From the NCBI GenBank assembly GCA_032372955.1, contig GCA_032372955.1_4725.1: a DNA stretch of 64,000 nt. One strand, written 5' to 3'. The stretch comes from Escherichia coli (GTDB taxonomy: Bacteria > Pseudomonadota > Gammaproteobacteria > Enterobacterales > Enterobacteriaceae). Below are positions 48,098 to 58,242 of this stretch, one piece after another. Every line of letters starts with the position of its first letter. Within the stretch, counting starts at the first letter, position 1. The translations under genes were made by a program, and so were the position numbers. The notes below the pieces were generated by a model, which was not told the origin of the DNA, did not search any database, and worked only from the letters and a program-made list of their open reading frames with translations.

Positions 48098-48880
48098 ATG
48101 AACGATGAAATCATTTTTGATACCATGTTTACTGGAGATGAATACCTGGCGTTACCGAGCGATGTTCAAAACGAATGCGTGAAGGTAGCATGCTACAGCG
48201 GCGGTCAGGCTGGGATGCGTGTACGTTGCGTTGACGGGACGAACGGGAAAGTTGTTTGGCGTGGTGCTCACACGTACCCTTACCTGCTTACCGGCAACAA
48301 GAATTGGTACGCTCATCGCAGCCAGCATCCTGCACGGATGAGCGCGAGCGGATTCGTGGTACGTGGTGCGTTGGATGAACGGGTGGAACGCATCGAGATC
48401 ACCGATCGCGCGTTCATCGATCAGCTTGCACAGGTTGCTTACGATGAGGGACGTGCAACAGGGCGATACGGTTGGTTGAAGGTGAACAGCGATACGCAAT
48501 TACAGGTAGGATTCCATCACGCGCTTCCTGGGTGGGCGAACCATACCGTTGGAACGTATTACACCAAAAAGCTTACCATGGTGAAACCTTACATGGCGGA
48601 TGCGAGCTTGGAGGCAACGGATCAGATGCATCAATTGCTTCGCATGTATTATCCACGGGTGGTGCATCCACTTGGGTTCGCTTGGGTCAGCGAAGTGCGC
48701 TACAACCCACGCAAGAAACGCGTTGAAGCGAAGGTGCTTAACGAACGTTGGTTACCGGTTGTGCAACCAGGGCTTGACGATGAATCCATCATGATGCGGG
48801 TAAGCCGAAGCCGGTTCGTACAATGGGATGCTACCATGCTACAACGCCCACAACACGTTACAGGAGAAACGTTCGCATGA
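48098..48880 (+). CDS. hypothetical protein
   Basis: 260-aa ORF, AGAGGAA RBS; first gene after the AT-rich region and promoter-like motif. Confidence 0.6.
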   Translation: MNDEIIFDTMFTGDEYLALPSDVQNECVKVACYSGGQAGMRVRCVDGTNGKVVWRGAHTYPYLLTGNKNWYAHRSQHPARMSASGFVVRGALDERVERIEITDRAFIDQLAQVAYDEGRATGRYGWLKVNSDTQLQVGFHHALPGWANHTVGTYYTKKLTMVKPYMADASLEATDQMHQLLRMYYPRVVHPLGFAWVSEVRYNPRKKRVEAKVLNERWLPVVQPGLDDESIMMRVSRSRFVQWDATMLQRPQHVTGETFA

Positions 48881-49176
48881 TACGCGCAACAGGATACGAA
48901 AACAAAGGCAAGAACAGCGTGCAGCGTTACGTTGCCGACGAGGAAGGGAAAGCAGAATACCTGGATTGGTTCAACCGTTACAGCGCAAGCAAGGTACGTG
49001 ATCCTAGCATCCTGAGGTTACAGAGCAGTTTCCAATGGCAGGCTTCCGAACAACGCTGGTACATCACGTTGGAAATCGGAACGGTACGGGAAGACCAGCT
49101 TCCTGCATACTTAAAAGAACAACGGGAGCAGATCAACACATTACTCGCACAACACAAAACGGAACCTAAACCTTAA
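48877..49176 (+). CDS. hypothetical protein
   Basis: Start chosen at ATG 48877 (CAGGAGAAA RBS), ATGA overlap with upstream stop. Confidence 0.5.
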   Translation: MIRATGYENKGKNSVQRYVADEEGKAEYLDWFNRYSASKVRDPSILRLQSSFQWQASEQRWYITLEIGTVREDQLPAYLKEQREQINTLLAQHKTEPKP

Positions 49177-49216
49177 TCCAACACCAACAAGCGAAAAGGA
49201 AAGTACAACAGAAATC

Positions 49217-49492
49217 ATGTTGATGAAACCGACAGCAAAGAACAAGGTTTATAAAGCAATCTACGCGTCAGACACAGTCAGCCTGACGAAGATCATCAAA
49301 TACAAACTTGAGAAGGTGCTACGTGTTGAACCGAGCATAGGCTTAGTCCGTTATCGCCTGATTACCGAGAACGGTGAAGGGTATTACGCACCGTCGTCTC
49401 GAAGCGATAACGCCGTTGTGTTAACCCGGGATGTGGTTGAAGCAATCAACAACGGAACGAAGGCGTTCTACGCGCACAGAAAAGCCGTATAA
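49217..49492 (+). CDS. hypothetical protein
   Basis: 91-aa ORF; RBS weak. Confidence 0.45.
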   Translation: MLMKPTAKNKVYKAIYASDTVSLTKIIKYKLEKVLRVEPSIGLVRYRLITENGEGYYAPSSRSDNAVVLTRDVVEAINNGTKAFYAHRKAV

Positions 49493-49569
49493 CGCAATAA
49501 ACGAATCCAAAGAAGGGAAACTATACCTTAACTTAAAACGACGCTTAGAGAGCGTTACAGGAGCTTAGA

Positions 49570-49977
49570 ATGCAACATGATCAAACGAACACCACCGCAA
49601 CGTCAATAGCCCTTGCCGATGCCGTCCAGGCGTGGAACGAGAACCCAGCCTGTCGAGCAAAGATGGAATTGGTGTACGAAGGATCAACCCGTGTCAGGAC
49701 GGCTGATGATGTTCTGGTCGTACGAGGTGAATTCTTCGCCTTAGGTGTCACGGACCGTGGTCCGTTAGATGCGCTTTGGATCGAGTTACAAACCTGCCCG
49801 CAGAGACCACGCTACGTGACCCGTGACCATCGTCCTGAGAACGCGTTGGTCGGAACCGGTTCCGTGGATATTTTCATCTGGCAGGATACCCTCGACAACA
49901 TGAACAAGATGATCGACGTTGAGAACATCGTTGCAAATAAGTTAACCCAACTTAAAGAACGTCTGATGCCGCTATAA
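49570..49977 (+). CDS. hypothetical protein
   Basis: 135-aa ORF, AGGAG RBS. Confidence 0.55.
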   Translation: MQHDQTNTTATSIALADAVQAWNENPACRAKMELVYEGSTRVRTADDVLVVRGEFFALGVTDRGPLDALWIELQTCPQRPRYVTRDHRPENALVGTGSVDIFIWQDTLDNMNKMIDVENIVANKLTQLKERLMPL

Positions 49978-50089
49978 CGCATCAACATCACCCGCCTGTA
50001 CCTCATCGTGTTCGGGCGGGGCAATAAGAAACCAAGGGGACATCGCCGTCCCCGTTACTATCATCAACCACTATCAAGAGGAACCTACC

Positions 50090-50533
50090 ATGGAAATTAA
50101 ATTCTGTAAATCGATCGCGATTGTACCTGAACAACCTGCGGATGATCTCGAAAAGCTCGATCATCCCACACTGCAACATGCGCTGGAACGTTTAGCCTCT
50201 TTTGCGCCGTTAGAGAATCATCTTCACTGCGTTAATCTTGAAGCATCCGACTTCGACGTGAAGCTTGGGTTCGTGTTTTCACAAACGGGGAAGGATGTGT
50301 TAGAAAACATATTCTGGTCTGCTGAGCATAAGGCGAGAAATGTGATGACGAAGTTAGTTTATAACGTTAGCCTTAGTGAAGACGGCACCTATTGGACGTC
50401 AGAGGCTTGCTGGACGATTTCTGCGATTTCACGAATGGACAAAATACACTATTTGCATCGTGTTGCTGATAGCATTGTACACCAACTGGATCGTTTTGAT
50501 ACCACCCGCTTATCGAATGGAACACAGTGTTAA
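50090..50533 (+). CDS. hypothetical protein
   Basis: 147-aa ORF, AGAGGAA RBS. Confidence 0.55.
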   Translation: MEIKFCKSIAIVPEQPADDLEKLDHPTLQHALERLASFAPLENHLHCVNLEASDFDVKLGFVFSQTGKDVLENIFWSAEHKARNVMTKLVYNVSLSEDGTYWTSEACWTISAISRMDKIHYLHRVADSIVHQLDRFDTTRLSNGTQC

Positions 50534-50548
50534 TACGAGGAATCGAAC

Positions 50549-50977
50549 ATGCAAATTAAATGGCCTGAATCAGCAGTAACTGCAGCGCGCGTTGGTCTTT
50601 ATCATTCGCTGGTTGCTCAGCATACCAGCTTACATCGCACCCTATCACTTTTACGCGAAGACGAAAAACTACGTGAACACATTCAGCCGATCTCAGCATC
50701 AATGAATGCGAACACGTTGTCTATGCGTTGCGTTCGATTGACTTTTGTGTGTACCACGTTAGGAAAGACGTTGCTTGAGGCTGCCTATCTTCGTTGTTGC
50801 GAAAGCACGACGTTCACCGACGATATGGTGTTGTCGATCGAGATGTATTGTCAGACAAATGGAATACGTCAACCGCAGATAGTTTGGAAAATATACGGAT
50901 TGACACCAAAAGTAATCAGCACGAAGTTAGATGCGGTTGCTAATAGCCTTAATGAAATTTTGAAAGAAGGAATTTGA
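50549..50977 (+). CDS. hypothetical protein
   Basis: 142-aa ORF, GAGGAA RBS. Confidence 0.55.
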   Translation: MQIKWPESAVTAARVGLYHSLVAQHTSLHRTLSLLREDEKLREHIQPISASMNANTLSMRCVRLTFVCTTLGKTLLEAAYLRCCESTTFTDDMVLSIEMYCQTNGIRQPQIVWKIYGLTPKVISTKLDAVANSLNEILKEGI

Positions 50978-50978
50978 T

Positions 50979-51341
50979 ATGCAACAACGTATCGGTTTAT
51001 CGCTCGCCATTGACCGACTGATCAAAGTCTCATCGTTACGAAGTGAATTTGTTGGCGTCCGTGAAGAAGCGGCGAATAACCGCTGTATTTTAACGTTTAC
51101 GTGTACCAAGAAAGGCGTGACGGTTATCCGTGATGTTTGGGACGCTGTGAACAAACGTGAACCCCGCTGCTCGGTATCTGTCGTTGATTACAAAAACCTG
51201 GATAATACTTACACTATCCGTTTAGAATGGGAGCATCGCCTCAGGACATTCGTTGAAGTTCGGTCGAAGCTGTTAGCTGAATTGTTGAACGAAGCCTGTT
51301 TACGTGACGAGAACGCTACAGAACTCTTCAGAACGCTTTAA
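50979..51341 (+). CDS. hypothetical protein
   Basis: 120-aa ORF, AAGGAA RBS; starts 2 nt after the previous stop. Confidence 0.55.
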   Translation: MQQRIGLSLAIDRLIKVSSLRSEFVGVREEAANNRCILTFTCTKKGVTVIRDVWDAVNKREPRCSVSVVDYKNLDNTYTIRLEWEHRLRTFVEVRSKLLAELLNEACLRDENATELFRTL

Positions 51342-51447
51342 TTCAATCTTAGATAAGGAAACCCCTTAGAAATTAAAACAAACCGTTATACGTCGTTCTG
51401 TGACGTTTAAGCTATACATTGAACTCATGGCAATCGAGGAAAGAAAA

Positions 51448-51837
51448 ATGTTAAATTCAACTTTTACCCACTATCTCCACACCTATGCAAAATTATGCTG
51501 CGTTGACATGGAAGAGCTCGCGAACGATAATACTGTTCGCGATTGTGAGATGCTTCCTAAGCGACAAGGTTTTCTACCCGGTTCGCGGTCAGCGGCGTTC
51601 TTCTTAATCGCTTACTTCATCGTTAGTCATAGTGCGGCGCTGTTGAGCCAAACCAAGAAACAGCGAAAGGATTACGCTACCGCAATCACTCAAGTTTATT
51701 TCGATCGTCTTCACGGACGTGCAGTGAGTATCGATACCGCGTTAACGACCGCGTTTCGTCATCGAGGCGCAACCGCGGTACAGCTACCTGCTTTGGTTAA
51801 GATCGGAAAAGAAATCATCCAGAATGCAACGCGTTAA
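51448..51837 (+). CDS. hypothetical protein
   Basis: Start chosen at ATG 51448 (GAGGAAAG RBS); 129 aa. Confidence 0.5.
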   Translation: MLNSTFTHYLHTYAKLCCVDMEELANDNTVRDCEMLPKRQGFLPGSRSAAFFLIAYFIVSHSAALLSQTKKQRKDYATAITQVYFDRLHGRAVSIDTALTTAFRHRGATAVQLPALVKIGKEIIQNATR

Positions 51838-51852
51838 TAAATAAACCATAAA

Positions 51853-51909
51853 CCTTCCTTCCCCGGCCTTTACGGCTAGGGAAGGAGGTTGTATAGCATT
51901 TCTTTTTTT
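51853..51909. terminator. imperfect member of hairpin family plus T-run between convergent genes
   Basis: CCTTCCTTCCCCGGCC-TTTAC-GGCTAGGGAAGGAGG then TCTTTTTTTATT. Confidence 0.45.
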
Positions 51910-52996
51910 ATTGGAACGGGTCTGTACGACCGCTGCCACGATCTACACCACCGTGATCGTGGGTGTATACGTTTGTTCCGGTTGGTGAACGCCAAGAGCC
52001 TGCGATGTGTATGAAGTTCCCATTCAACGTCATCGTGTTCCCGTCTTCACCTGTGAAGCTTACAGCTCCAGTGAATACCGTATTAGGACATTTGAACGTG
52101 GTCTGTCCTGATACTTGCGCGGTGTAGCGATCACACTTCAAAGAAACATTCTGGCTCGTAACGCTTTCTGTTTTACTGGTACGCTCGAAGTTCTCACATT
52201 CGGTATAAATGTTTTTTGCTTTCATTCGGATATCGTTCTTAGCAATTGCTTTGAGCGTATCCTCGCATTGGAATGTGATGTTCTTTTTTGTCACGTCGAT
52301 GATGCTGTCGTCCTGGTTTTGATAACGCAGCATATGCTCGACAAAATGGAGTAACAGCAGATTTTGATGGACGCTGTCCGCAACCTGTAGGTAACCCTCG
52401 TCCAGATTAAGTTCCATGTAGACTTGGGTAACTTCACCAAGCTGTGCGCTGGTGCCGATAACCGCTTTCTTGAGGAAAGTATCAACCATTAGGTAATAGC
52501 AGTCTTCCGTTGAAATCGATTTACGGTCCTTCTTGGCGCTAGGACGTGCGCTGATGGTGAGGATAACCGATTCCATGGTCATCAGCTCGCTATCCCCTCC
52601 TTTGGGCTGCCAGTATAGCTGTTCTTCATCGGCGGTACGCCAGACCACCACACGCTGACCTTTCCTCAAGTTAGGTGCTGTCATCCGGTTACTGCCGAAG
52701 GGTAACCAGTAACACTGTACGCTGGTTGTTGTTGCCGCTTTCGCCGTATAACTGTTCCCTTGAGCGTCTGTTGCACTGACTTCTTTCACGCTTCCCGCCG
52801 CTTCAACTTTCCCGTCAGCACCTGACATCATCTCATCAAGAAAGACCTCCAGCGCCTGGTTAGGATCTTCTTCCAGACTTTTATTGGAAAAGTCGGCAGC
52901 AACAGTACCCAAGGCAAAGATACGGAAAACGCTTACGTTGTTGTCTGGAGCTAGCTGACTCCCTTTTGTGCGATTGTCTGTTGCCAGATCGCTCAT
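51908..52996 (-). CDS. hypothetical protein with His/Gly-rich C-terminus (possible baseplate spike-like; unverified)
   Basis: 362-aa ORF, AGGAG RBS; C-terminal VYTHDHGGVDRGSGRTDP. Confidence 0.55.
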   Translation of the reverse strand: MSDLATDNRTKGSQLAPDNNVSVFRIFALGTVAADFSNKSLEEDPNQALEVFLDEMMSGADGKVEAAGSVKEVSATDAQGNSYTAKAATTTSVQCYWLPFGSNRMTAPNLRKGQRVVVWRTADEEQLYWQPKGGDSELMTMESVILTISARPSAKKDRKSISTEDCYYLMVDTFLKKAVIGTSAQLGEVTQVYMELNLDEGYLQVADSVHQNLLLLHFVEHMLRYQNQDDSIIDVTKKNITFQCEDTLKAIAKNDIRMKAKNIYTECENFERTSKTESVTSQNVSLKCDRYTAQVSGQTTFKCPNTVFTGAVSFTGEDGNTMTLNGNFIHIAGSWRSPTGTNVYTHDHGGVDRGSGRTDPFQ

Positions 52997-53039
52997 GCTG
53001 TAATCTCCTACTGATTTAAATAACGATATAGAAAATAAC

Positions 53040-53083
53040 GCTGAAGTATGGCTTCAGCTTCGCATTCTGAACCCGTGGTTCAG
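53040..53083. promoter_or_regulatory. two adjacent inverted repeats upstream of the Rad50-like gene
   Basis: GCTGAAG-TATGG-CTTCAGC (53040-53058) and CTGAACC-CGT-GGTTCAG (53067-53083). Confidence 0.35.
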
Positions 53084-53110
53084 AAGGTATCGAAGAAGGA
53101 TTATCATAGC

Positions 53111-55567
53111 ATGCGATGCACCTATCTCCACTTACGTGGATTCAATCGTTTTGATACCGGGATGATTCGGGAGCTGGTCATCCGGCCAGATAATCCCGTA
53201 CAACTCATTTTAGGCAGTAATGGTTCCGGTAAGAGTAGTCTACTGCCTTTGCTGTATCCAACCGTTCCTGAGCGTGCCGATTTTGATAAAGATGGGTATT
53301 ACGAGTACCGCTGCGAACACCGTAATAAGCAATACCGTCTTATCAGTCGTTTAGAAAAAGGGTTTAAGCACGAGTTCTACGTTAACGATAGCGAGAACCT
53401 GAATGGTGGTGGTACACAACCAGCCCAGTGGAAACTAATCGAGGAACATTTTGAACTTAATGACGACACCATTCGTTTGTTGTTAGGTTACGAAACGGCT
53501 TACCAGTTCACCGAAATGGGGCCGATGAAACGTCGCGAACGATTAACGCAGATATGTCCGGTTAACGTCGATTATGCGCTTGAGTTGTTTCAGGTGGTTA
53601 AGCAACAAGTACGTTCACTGAAAGCGGTGAATGAACATACACTGAATAAGTTGGTTGAAACATCACAGCGCATTGAAGCGAAATACACCGGCACCGACCA
53701 CCAGGGATTGGAAGCAGAGTTAAAGCAGCAACGCTCAGCGCTCGAAGCGATGATGGGGTTGCCGTTATTCGATAGTGATGTCGATCAACGACAGCTTCTG
53801 GAATCCGCACAACGTGCCCATCATTTTAATCGCGAGCTTCTTCGTGCGGTTGTTCGTTACCAAGGAGGAACATCGCAACAAGAACAGCAGAATCTGGCTG
53901 GACTAAGAGAACAACTCGCGAATGCGAATGCAAAACTCGAAAGTCAGGTTGACGAGCTGTTGGGTATCGATAACATTCTTGACCAGTTGAAACAGTCTGG
54001 AGAAGGTGATATCGATCAAATTAAAGCCCGCATTGCACGTTTGGACGAACAACTTCAGCAAGATCATCCAGGTGAGCTTTTAACAATGAATCTGGACGCT
54101 GCGGTTTGTTTACAACAGCTCATGCAAGTTCAGGCTCCGTTAACGGAATTGCTGCAAGAATGGATTGATACCGACAACACCTATCACGTCTACGATGCTG
54201 AAGCTTACATCAAGGAGGAAGAGGCGGCAAGAATGCGTTTGCGTAACGCGAAACATGCGTTAGCCGATTTGGAAGCGCATCTCGACCATCTTAACCATCA
54301 ACCCCAGACCAGCTGTCCAAAATGCAATTATCGCTTTCACGTTGGTGAAACGGAAAAGACCAGCAAAGCGAGTATTGAACAGCGTATTCAGAAAGGCCGT
54401 GCTTGGGTTGAAGAACAAGAGAAATCGTTAGCTGAGCTTAGCGAGAAGGTTCAGCGCTATACGCTCTGGATGGAACAGCATCGTCAGTTAACACGTTGGA
54501 CGAAGGATTATTACGCCATTAAACCCATGTGGGACAATCTGCTGGAAGAAGGACGTAAAAACGGTTTAGGATTCCGCAGCATTGGAATCATTAACGACTG
54601 GTTGCTTGCGTTTGAGAAACTTGCGCGTTACACACAAGCCGAGCAAGAACGGAAGCATCTTCAAGGCATGCTCGAACGTGTACAAGCGGTTGATGTTGAA
54701 CCGTTACAGCAACGTCGAGAATTGCTTTATAAGAACAGGACAGAGTTGTTAACAACCGTTGAGCGGTTAACACAAGCCATCACAGCTACGGAAGGCAGAT
54801 TGGAAACCATTACGACGATTATGGAAGATCAGGTGCGTTCTGATAACAGCGATAAAGCGTTAACGCAACTGTGGTTAGAGTATCTGCAACACCTCTACAC
54901 GAAATCGTTACGTGCTGCGATGTCTGATACGGTTCGCCGAATAAGTCATGTCGAACAGCAACTACAGGAAGCTAAAACCGACCAGCAGCTTCTGGCTCAG
55001 TTGGAAACGACACAAAAAGAGGTGGAAGAACAGCTCAGTTACGCACAACTTGTTTTGGATGAGTTGAGTCCATCCAACGGATTGATTGCCGAAACAATTG
55101 CTGGCCCAATCAACGCATTCGTTGAATACATGAACGGTATCATTTCGAGTATTTGGGAATACCAACTTCAGATACTCCCGTGTGCTATCGACGCGCAAGG
55201 ATTGAACTATCGTTTTCCGCTTTTAACTGAGAAGTATCCGACACCGCGAAAAGATATTGTTTATGGGAGTAAGGGACAAAAGGAAATTATCAACATCGCG
55301 TTCATCATCGCGATGATGCATTACAAAGGGTTTACGGATTATCCGTTGATGTTAGATGAATTCGCATCAACATTCGATCCGCAGCACCAATCTAATGCCA
55401 TGGATTTTGTTCGTCGTCTGGTTGATGGTCACCGCGTAAGCCAGGTGTGGTTTATCAGTCACTATGTAATCAACCATGCATCATTCCGTAAAGCCGAGTG
55501 TATGGTTCTTGATAAAACGAACATCATTCTCCCTGAAACATATAACGAACACGTCACGATTATTTAA
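53111..55567 (+). CDS. SMC/Rad50/SbcC-family ATPase
   Basis: Start chosen at MRCTYLHLRGFNRF (typical family N-terminus). Walker A LILGSNGSGKSSLL, long Q/E/L-rich coiled coil, signature-like GSKGQKE, Walker B PLMLDEF, H-loop WFISHY. Confidence 0.7.
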   Translation: MRCTYLHLRGFNRFDTGMIRELVIRPDNPVQLILGSNGSGKSSLLPLLYPTVPERADFDKDGYYEYRCEHRNKQYRLISRLEKGFKHEFYVNDSENLNGGGTQPAQWKLIEEHFELNDDTIRLLLGYETAYQFTEMGPMKRRERLTQICPVNVDYALELFQVVKQQVRSLKAVNEHTLNKLVETSQRIEAKYTGTDHQGLEAELKQQRSALEAMMGLPLFDSDVDQRQLLESAQRAHHFNRELLRAVVRYQGGTSQQEQQNLAGLREQLANANAKLESQVDELLGIDNILDQLKQSGEGDIDQIKARIARLDEQLQQDHPGELLTMNLDAAVCLQQLMQVQAPLTELLQEWIDTDNTYHVYDAEAYIKEEEAARMRLRNAKHALADLEAHLDHLNHQPQTSCPKCNYRFHVGETEKTSKASIEQRIQKGRAWVEEQEKSLAELSEKVQRYTLWMEQHRQLTRWTKDYYAIKPMWDNLLEEGRKNGLGFRSIGIINDWLLAFEKLARYTQAEQERKHLQGMLERVQAVDVEPLQQRRELLYKNRTELLTTVERLTQAITATEGRLETITTIMEDQVRSDNSDKALTQLWLEYLQHLYTKSLRAAMSDTVRRISHVEQQLQEAKTDQQLLAQLETTQKEVEEQLSYAQLVLDELSPSNGLIAETIAGPINAFVEYMNGIISSIWEYQLQILPCAIDAQGLNYRFPLLTEKYPTPRKDIVYGSKGQKEIINIAFIIAMMHYKGFTDYPLMLDEFASTFDPQHQSNAMDFVRRLVDGHRVSQVWFISHYVINHASFRKAECMVLDKTNIILPETYNEHVTII

Positions 55568-55588
55568 GACAAATAAGGATTTCTGTTG

Positions 55589-56401
55589 ATGAAAAAGCCC
55601 ATGAAGAAGCTAGGCCATGCACGCAAGCATCGCTATTCCGATCTGGAGAAAATGTTTTTAACGCAGCAGCCGTTTCTCCAGACTTATTTTAACGGGATGG
55701 CGAAGAAGTTAGCCGATGAGTACCAGGAGCGTGGTACGCCAGCACGAATTACAATCACCGTAATTCCAACGTTCGCTGAAAAGATCTATAACGTCATGAC
55801 GGAGATTATTCCCGAAGACGCAAAATCCCAGGATGAAGTTCTGCGATTAACACGCTACATCCGTTTTAAAGAACATCTGGACGCACAAGCCACCATCATT
55901 CTGGAAAACGAAAAACCTGAACCCGACGTTGAGCTTATTGCTTCTCTCCTCCCTGACCGTTTATTACACGATTTTGTTACCGTGAAACGTATCGACGAAC
56001 AAGGAAAAGAGGTTGAGGTTCAGCTACGCCAAGAAACCGTGGTTGCGTTGGATTGGATTGAAGACCGTTGTAAAGCGCTGAGCAAGCTTCTGGATGATGA
56101 AGGGACGAATGCTCGTGTCGCTATCGATTTCGGTTATGAACCGGATGATGCAGTAACCATGATGCGCGTGCTGTACGATCCTAAGGTTAATGACCACGCG
56201 ATCATCGTTAAACGCGAAGGCGTTAAAGGCGAAGTTAGCCTGGTTAAAGACCTGGGTCCTATTCACACGGTAGGTTTAACCGAAGACCAAACGCCGTTCG
56301 AAAAGCTTTCGGTGTATGAGCAATCGGAAGTTGAACGCTTCCTGGAAGGTGTTGTTGCGAAAACCTTCCCATGGTCAGTAGAGGCTGTTGTAACATCATG
56401 A
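55589..56401 (+). CDS. hypothetical protein
   Basis: 270-aa ORF, AAGGA RBS; no phosphoesterase (Mre11/SbcD) motifs seen. Confidence 0.55.
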   Translation: MKKPMKKLGHARKHRYSDLEKMFLTQQPFLQTYFNGMAKKLADEYQERGTPARITITVIPTFAEKIYNVMTEIIPEDAKSQDEVLRLTRYIRFKEHLDAQATIILENEKPEPDVELIASLLPDRLLHDFVTVKRIDEQGKEVEVQLRQETVVALDWIEDRCKALSKLLDDEGTNARVAIDFGYEPDDAVTMMRVLYDPKVNDHAIIVKREGVKGEVSLVKDLGPIHTVGLTEDQTPFEKLSVYEQSEVERFLEGVVAKTFPWSVEAVVTS

Positions 56402-57012
56402 TCCCACCAGAATACGCTTACGATATTCTGGCAATCGACCCTGGCACCGATACACTCGGTGCGTCGTTACTACGTTTGGACGTGCGTGTCGAAGATATTG
56501 AACTGCTGTATGCGGGGACATGGCACGCCTCACGTCGATACGATCCCGATGGCGATATTGCGCTTGGATACGGTAATCGTGCCGCGCGTATCCAAGAACA
56601 CCGTCGTTCGCTGACAACGTTATTGCAAGAGTACCAGCCGCAAGCGGTTGCTTGTGAGACACCGTTCATCGGTCGTTTCAAGCAAAGCGGTATGGCGCTC
56701 AGCGAGCTGTTTTCAGCGATTCAGACAACGGTTATCGACTTTGATCCTACGGTATCTTTCTTAGGGGTTGATAACCGAAGCGCAAAACGCGCTGTTGGGA
56801 TTATGACGTCCCGTGTTGGTAAGGACGATGTTCGCCAGAAAGTGCTGAACCTCATGAACATCACACCCAGAAACGGTGTCGTGTTAGCGAATCTTGATGA
56901 GCATGCGATAGACAGCATCGCCGTGGGTTATTTCGCAGCTGAACTCCTGTTCGAAGAATGGCGTATTCTTGATGACCATCGAAACGGGAAGGTCGGTACA
57001 AAACGCCGTTAG
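56398..57012 (+). CDS. RuvC-like Holliday junction resolvase
   Basis: Start at MIPPEY (ATGA overlap). ILAIDPGTDTLG N-terminal Asp motif, VACETPF Glu, NLDEHAIDSIAVGYF (DxxD/A pattern of RuvC). Confidence 0.7.
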   Translation: MIPPEYAYDILAIDPGTDTLGASLLRLDVRVEDIELLYAGTWHASRRYDPDGDIALGYGNRAARIQEHRRSLTTLLQEYQPQAVACETPFIGRFKQSGMALSELFSAIQTTVIDFDPTVSFLGVDNRSAKRAVGIMTSRVGKDDVRQKVLNLMNITPRNGVVLANLDEHAIDSIAVGYFAAELLFEEWRILDDHRNGKVGTKRR

Positions 57013-57044
57013 CAACTCGTACAAAACCCAAGAAGGAAAACGTT

Positions 57045-58226
57045 ATGAATACGGTTGAATGGGGCCTAGTTGATTATTGTCCTCAAGTCCCGGTTATCTG
57101 TGGTGCAGAGAAATACAGCGAAGATCGTTTTATCGTACCGTTGGTCAGTACGACGACAAAACGTCCGGTTAGTGAAGGTGCAATAACCGGTCTGTTGGCG
57201 CATCTTAACGACGGTAAGGTGCCCGTCATTAGCAGTAAAATCGAAGCGGTGCTTGATGGCGCTGAAGTGCTCTTCCCGATTCGTGACGTGAACGATATCG
57301 TCGGTCGCGTTTTAACAGGATGGTTGGAAGACGACGGTGTGGTAAAAGCCTTGATTCATATTGACCGCGATACTCCTAATGCGGAACGTGTGAAACAGGC
57401 ATTGAATTCGGATGCTACGCGTTTGCAGATCACCGTCATGGACGTTGGTGCTGAAAACAAGTATTTAGTTGAATACTTCGTTCCCATGGTGTCCATCGAA
57501 CCTTTTGACCGCATTGTTGAGCAACCTGAACCTACCGCAGATAAAATAGTGACGCCAGCGGTAATGCGAAGTATCACTGCAGACAACTCGGTATTGAACA
57601 ATGAATCTATCATCCTACGTGGTATTGTTCCTACCGGATACAACGGTGAAGCATTATTAGTCAGAATTCCGGAACTTAATAACCGTCGTGTGTTTATCGG
57701 ATGTGTTGGGTATGAAGTTCTGTACTTCGACGCCGAAGGTCGTGCTGTGATTGCGACAAAATCAAAGTTATTTAACCAGCATAAAGCGCAAGCGTCCGCA
57801 ACCCAACCGTACCGGCTGGTGTATTCCGAAGATAAAGTAACGATCTGGTTCGTGAATGGAAACGATACCCTTAATAGTGCTTTTCCAGAGAAAACATTCA
57901 AACCAGTGACATTAATAGAAATGTTCGGTGGTGAGGCATACGTAGCTAATTGTGTTAATGGTCAGTTCCGTCTACCCTCCTGTTGTGAATTCAAGACGGA
58001 TGACACCATTACCGTAAACAATGTGCGTGTAAGTCTAATAAGAATCGACGCTAGTTCCGGTTTTGCGGTGTTTGAACCCCACGGCATGATTCTCGAAAAT
58101 CTTAAAGAGGCTTGTAAGGTCTCAGAACCATTCGGTGATGAACGCAGCCTTATCATCGTTAAACGTACCGATGTTGATCGGGTGGAGATTACAGTATCGC
58201 AGCCGATGTCGGCGAAAACGAAGTAG
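57045..58226 (+). CDS. hypothetical protein
   Basis: 393-aa ORF, AAGGAAAA RBS. Confidence 0.6.
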   Translation: MNTVEWGLVDYCPQVPVICGAEKYSEDRFIVPLVSTTTKRPVSEGAITGLLAHLNDGKVPVISSKIEAVLDGAEVLFPIRDVNDIVGRVLTGWLEDDGVVKALIHIDRDTPNAERVKQALNSDATRLQITVMDVGAENKYLVEYFVPMVSIEPFDRIVEQPEPTADKIVTPAVMRSITADNSVLNNESIILRGIVPTGYNGEALLVRIPELNNRRVFIGCVGYEVLYFDAEGRAVIATKSKLFNQHKAQASATQPYRLVYSEDKVTIWFVNGNDTLNSAFPEKTFKPVTLIEMFGGEAYVANCVNGQFRLPSCCEFKTDDTITVNNVRVSLIRIDASSGFAVFEPHGMILENLKEACKVSEPFGDERSLIIVKRTDVDRVEITVSQPMSAKTK

Positions 58227-58242
58227 TTAATTGGAGCGGGGA

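Noticed and set aside
55589-56401. Mre11/SbcD nuclease partner next to the Rad50-like gene
   Set aside because: The 270-aa neighbour lacks the phosphoesterase motifs (DxH, GDxxD, GNHD/E), so it was left as hypothetical.
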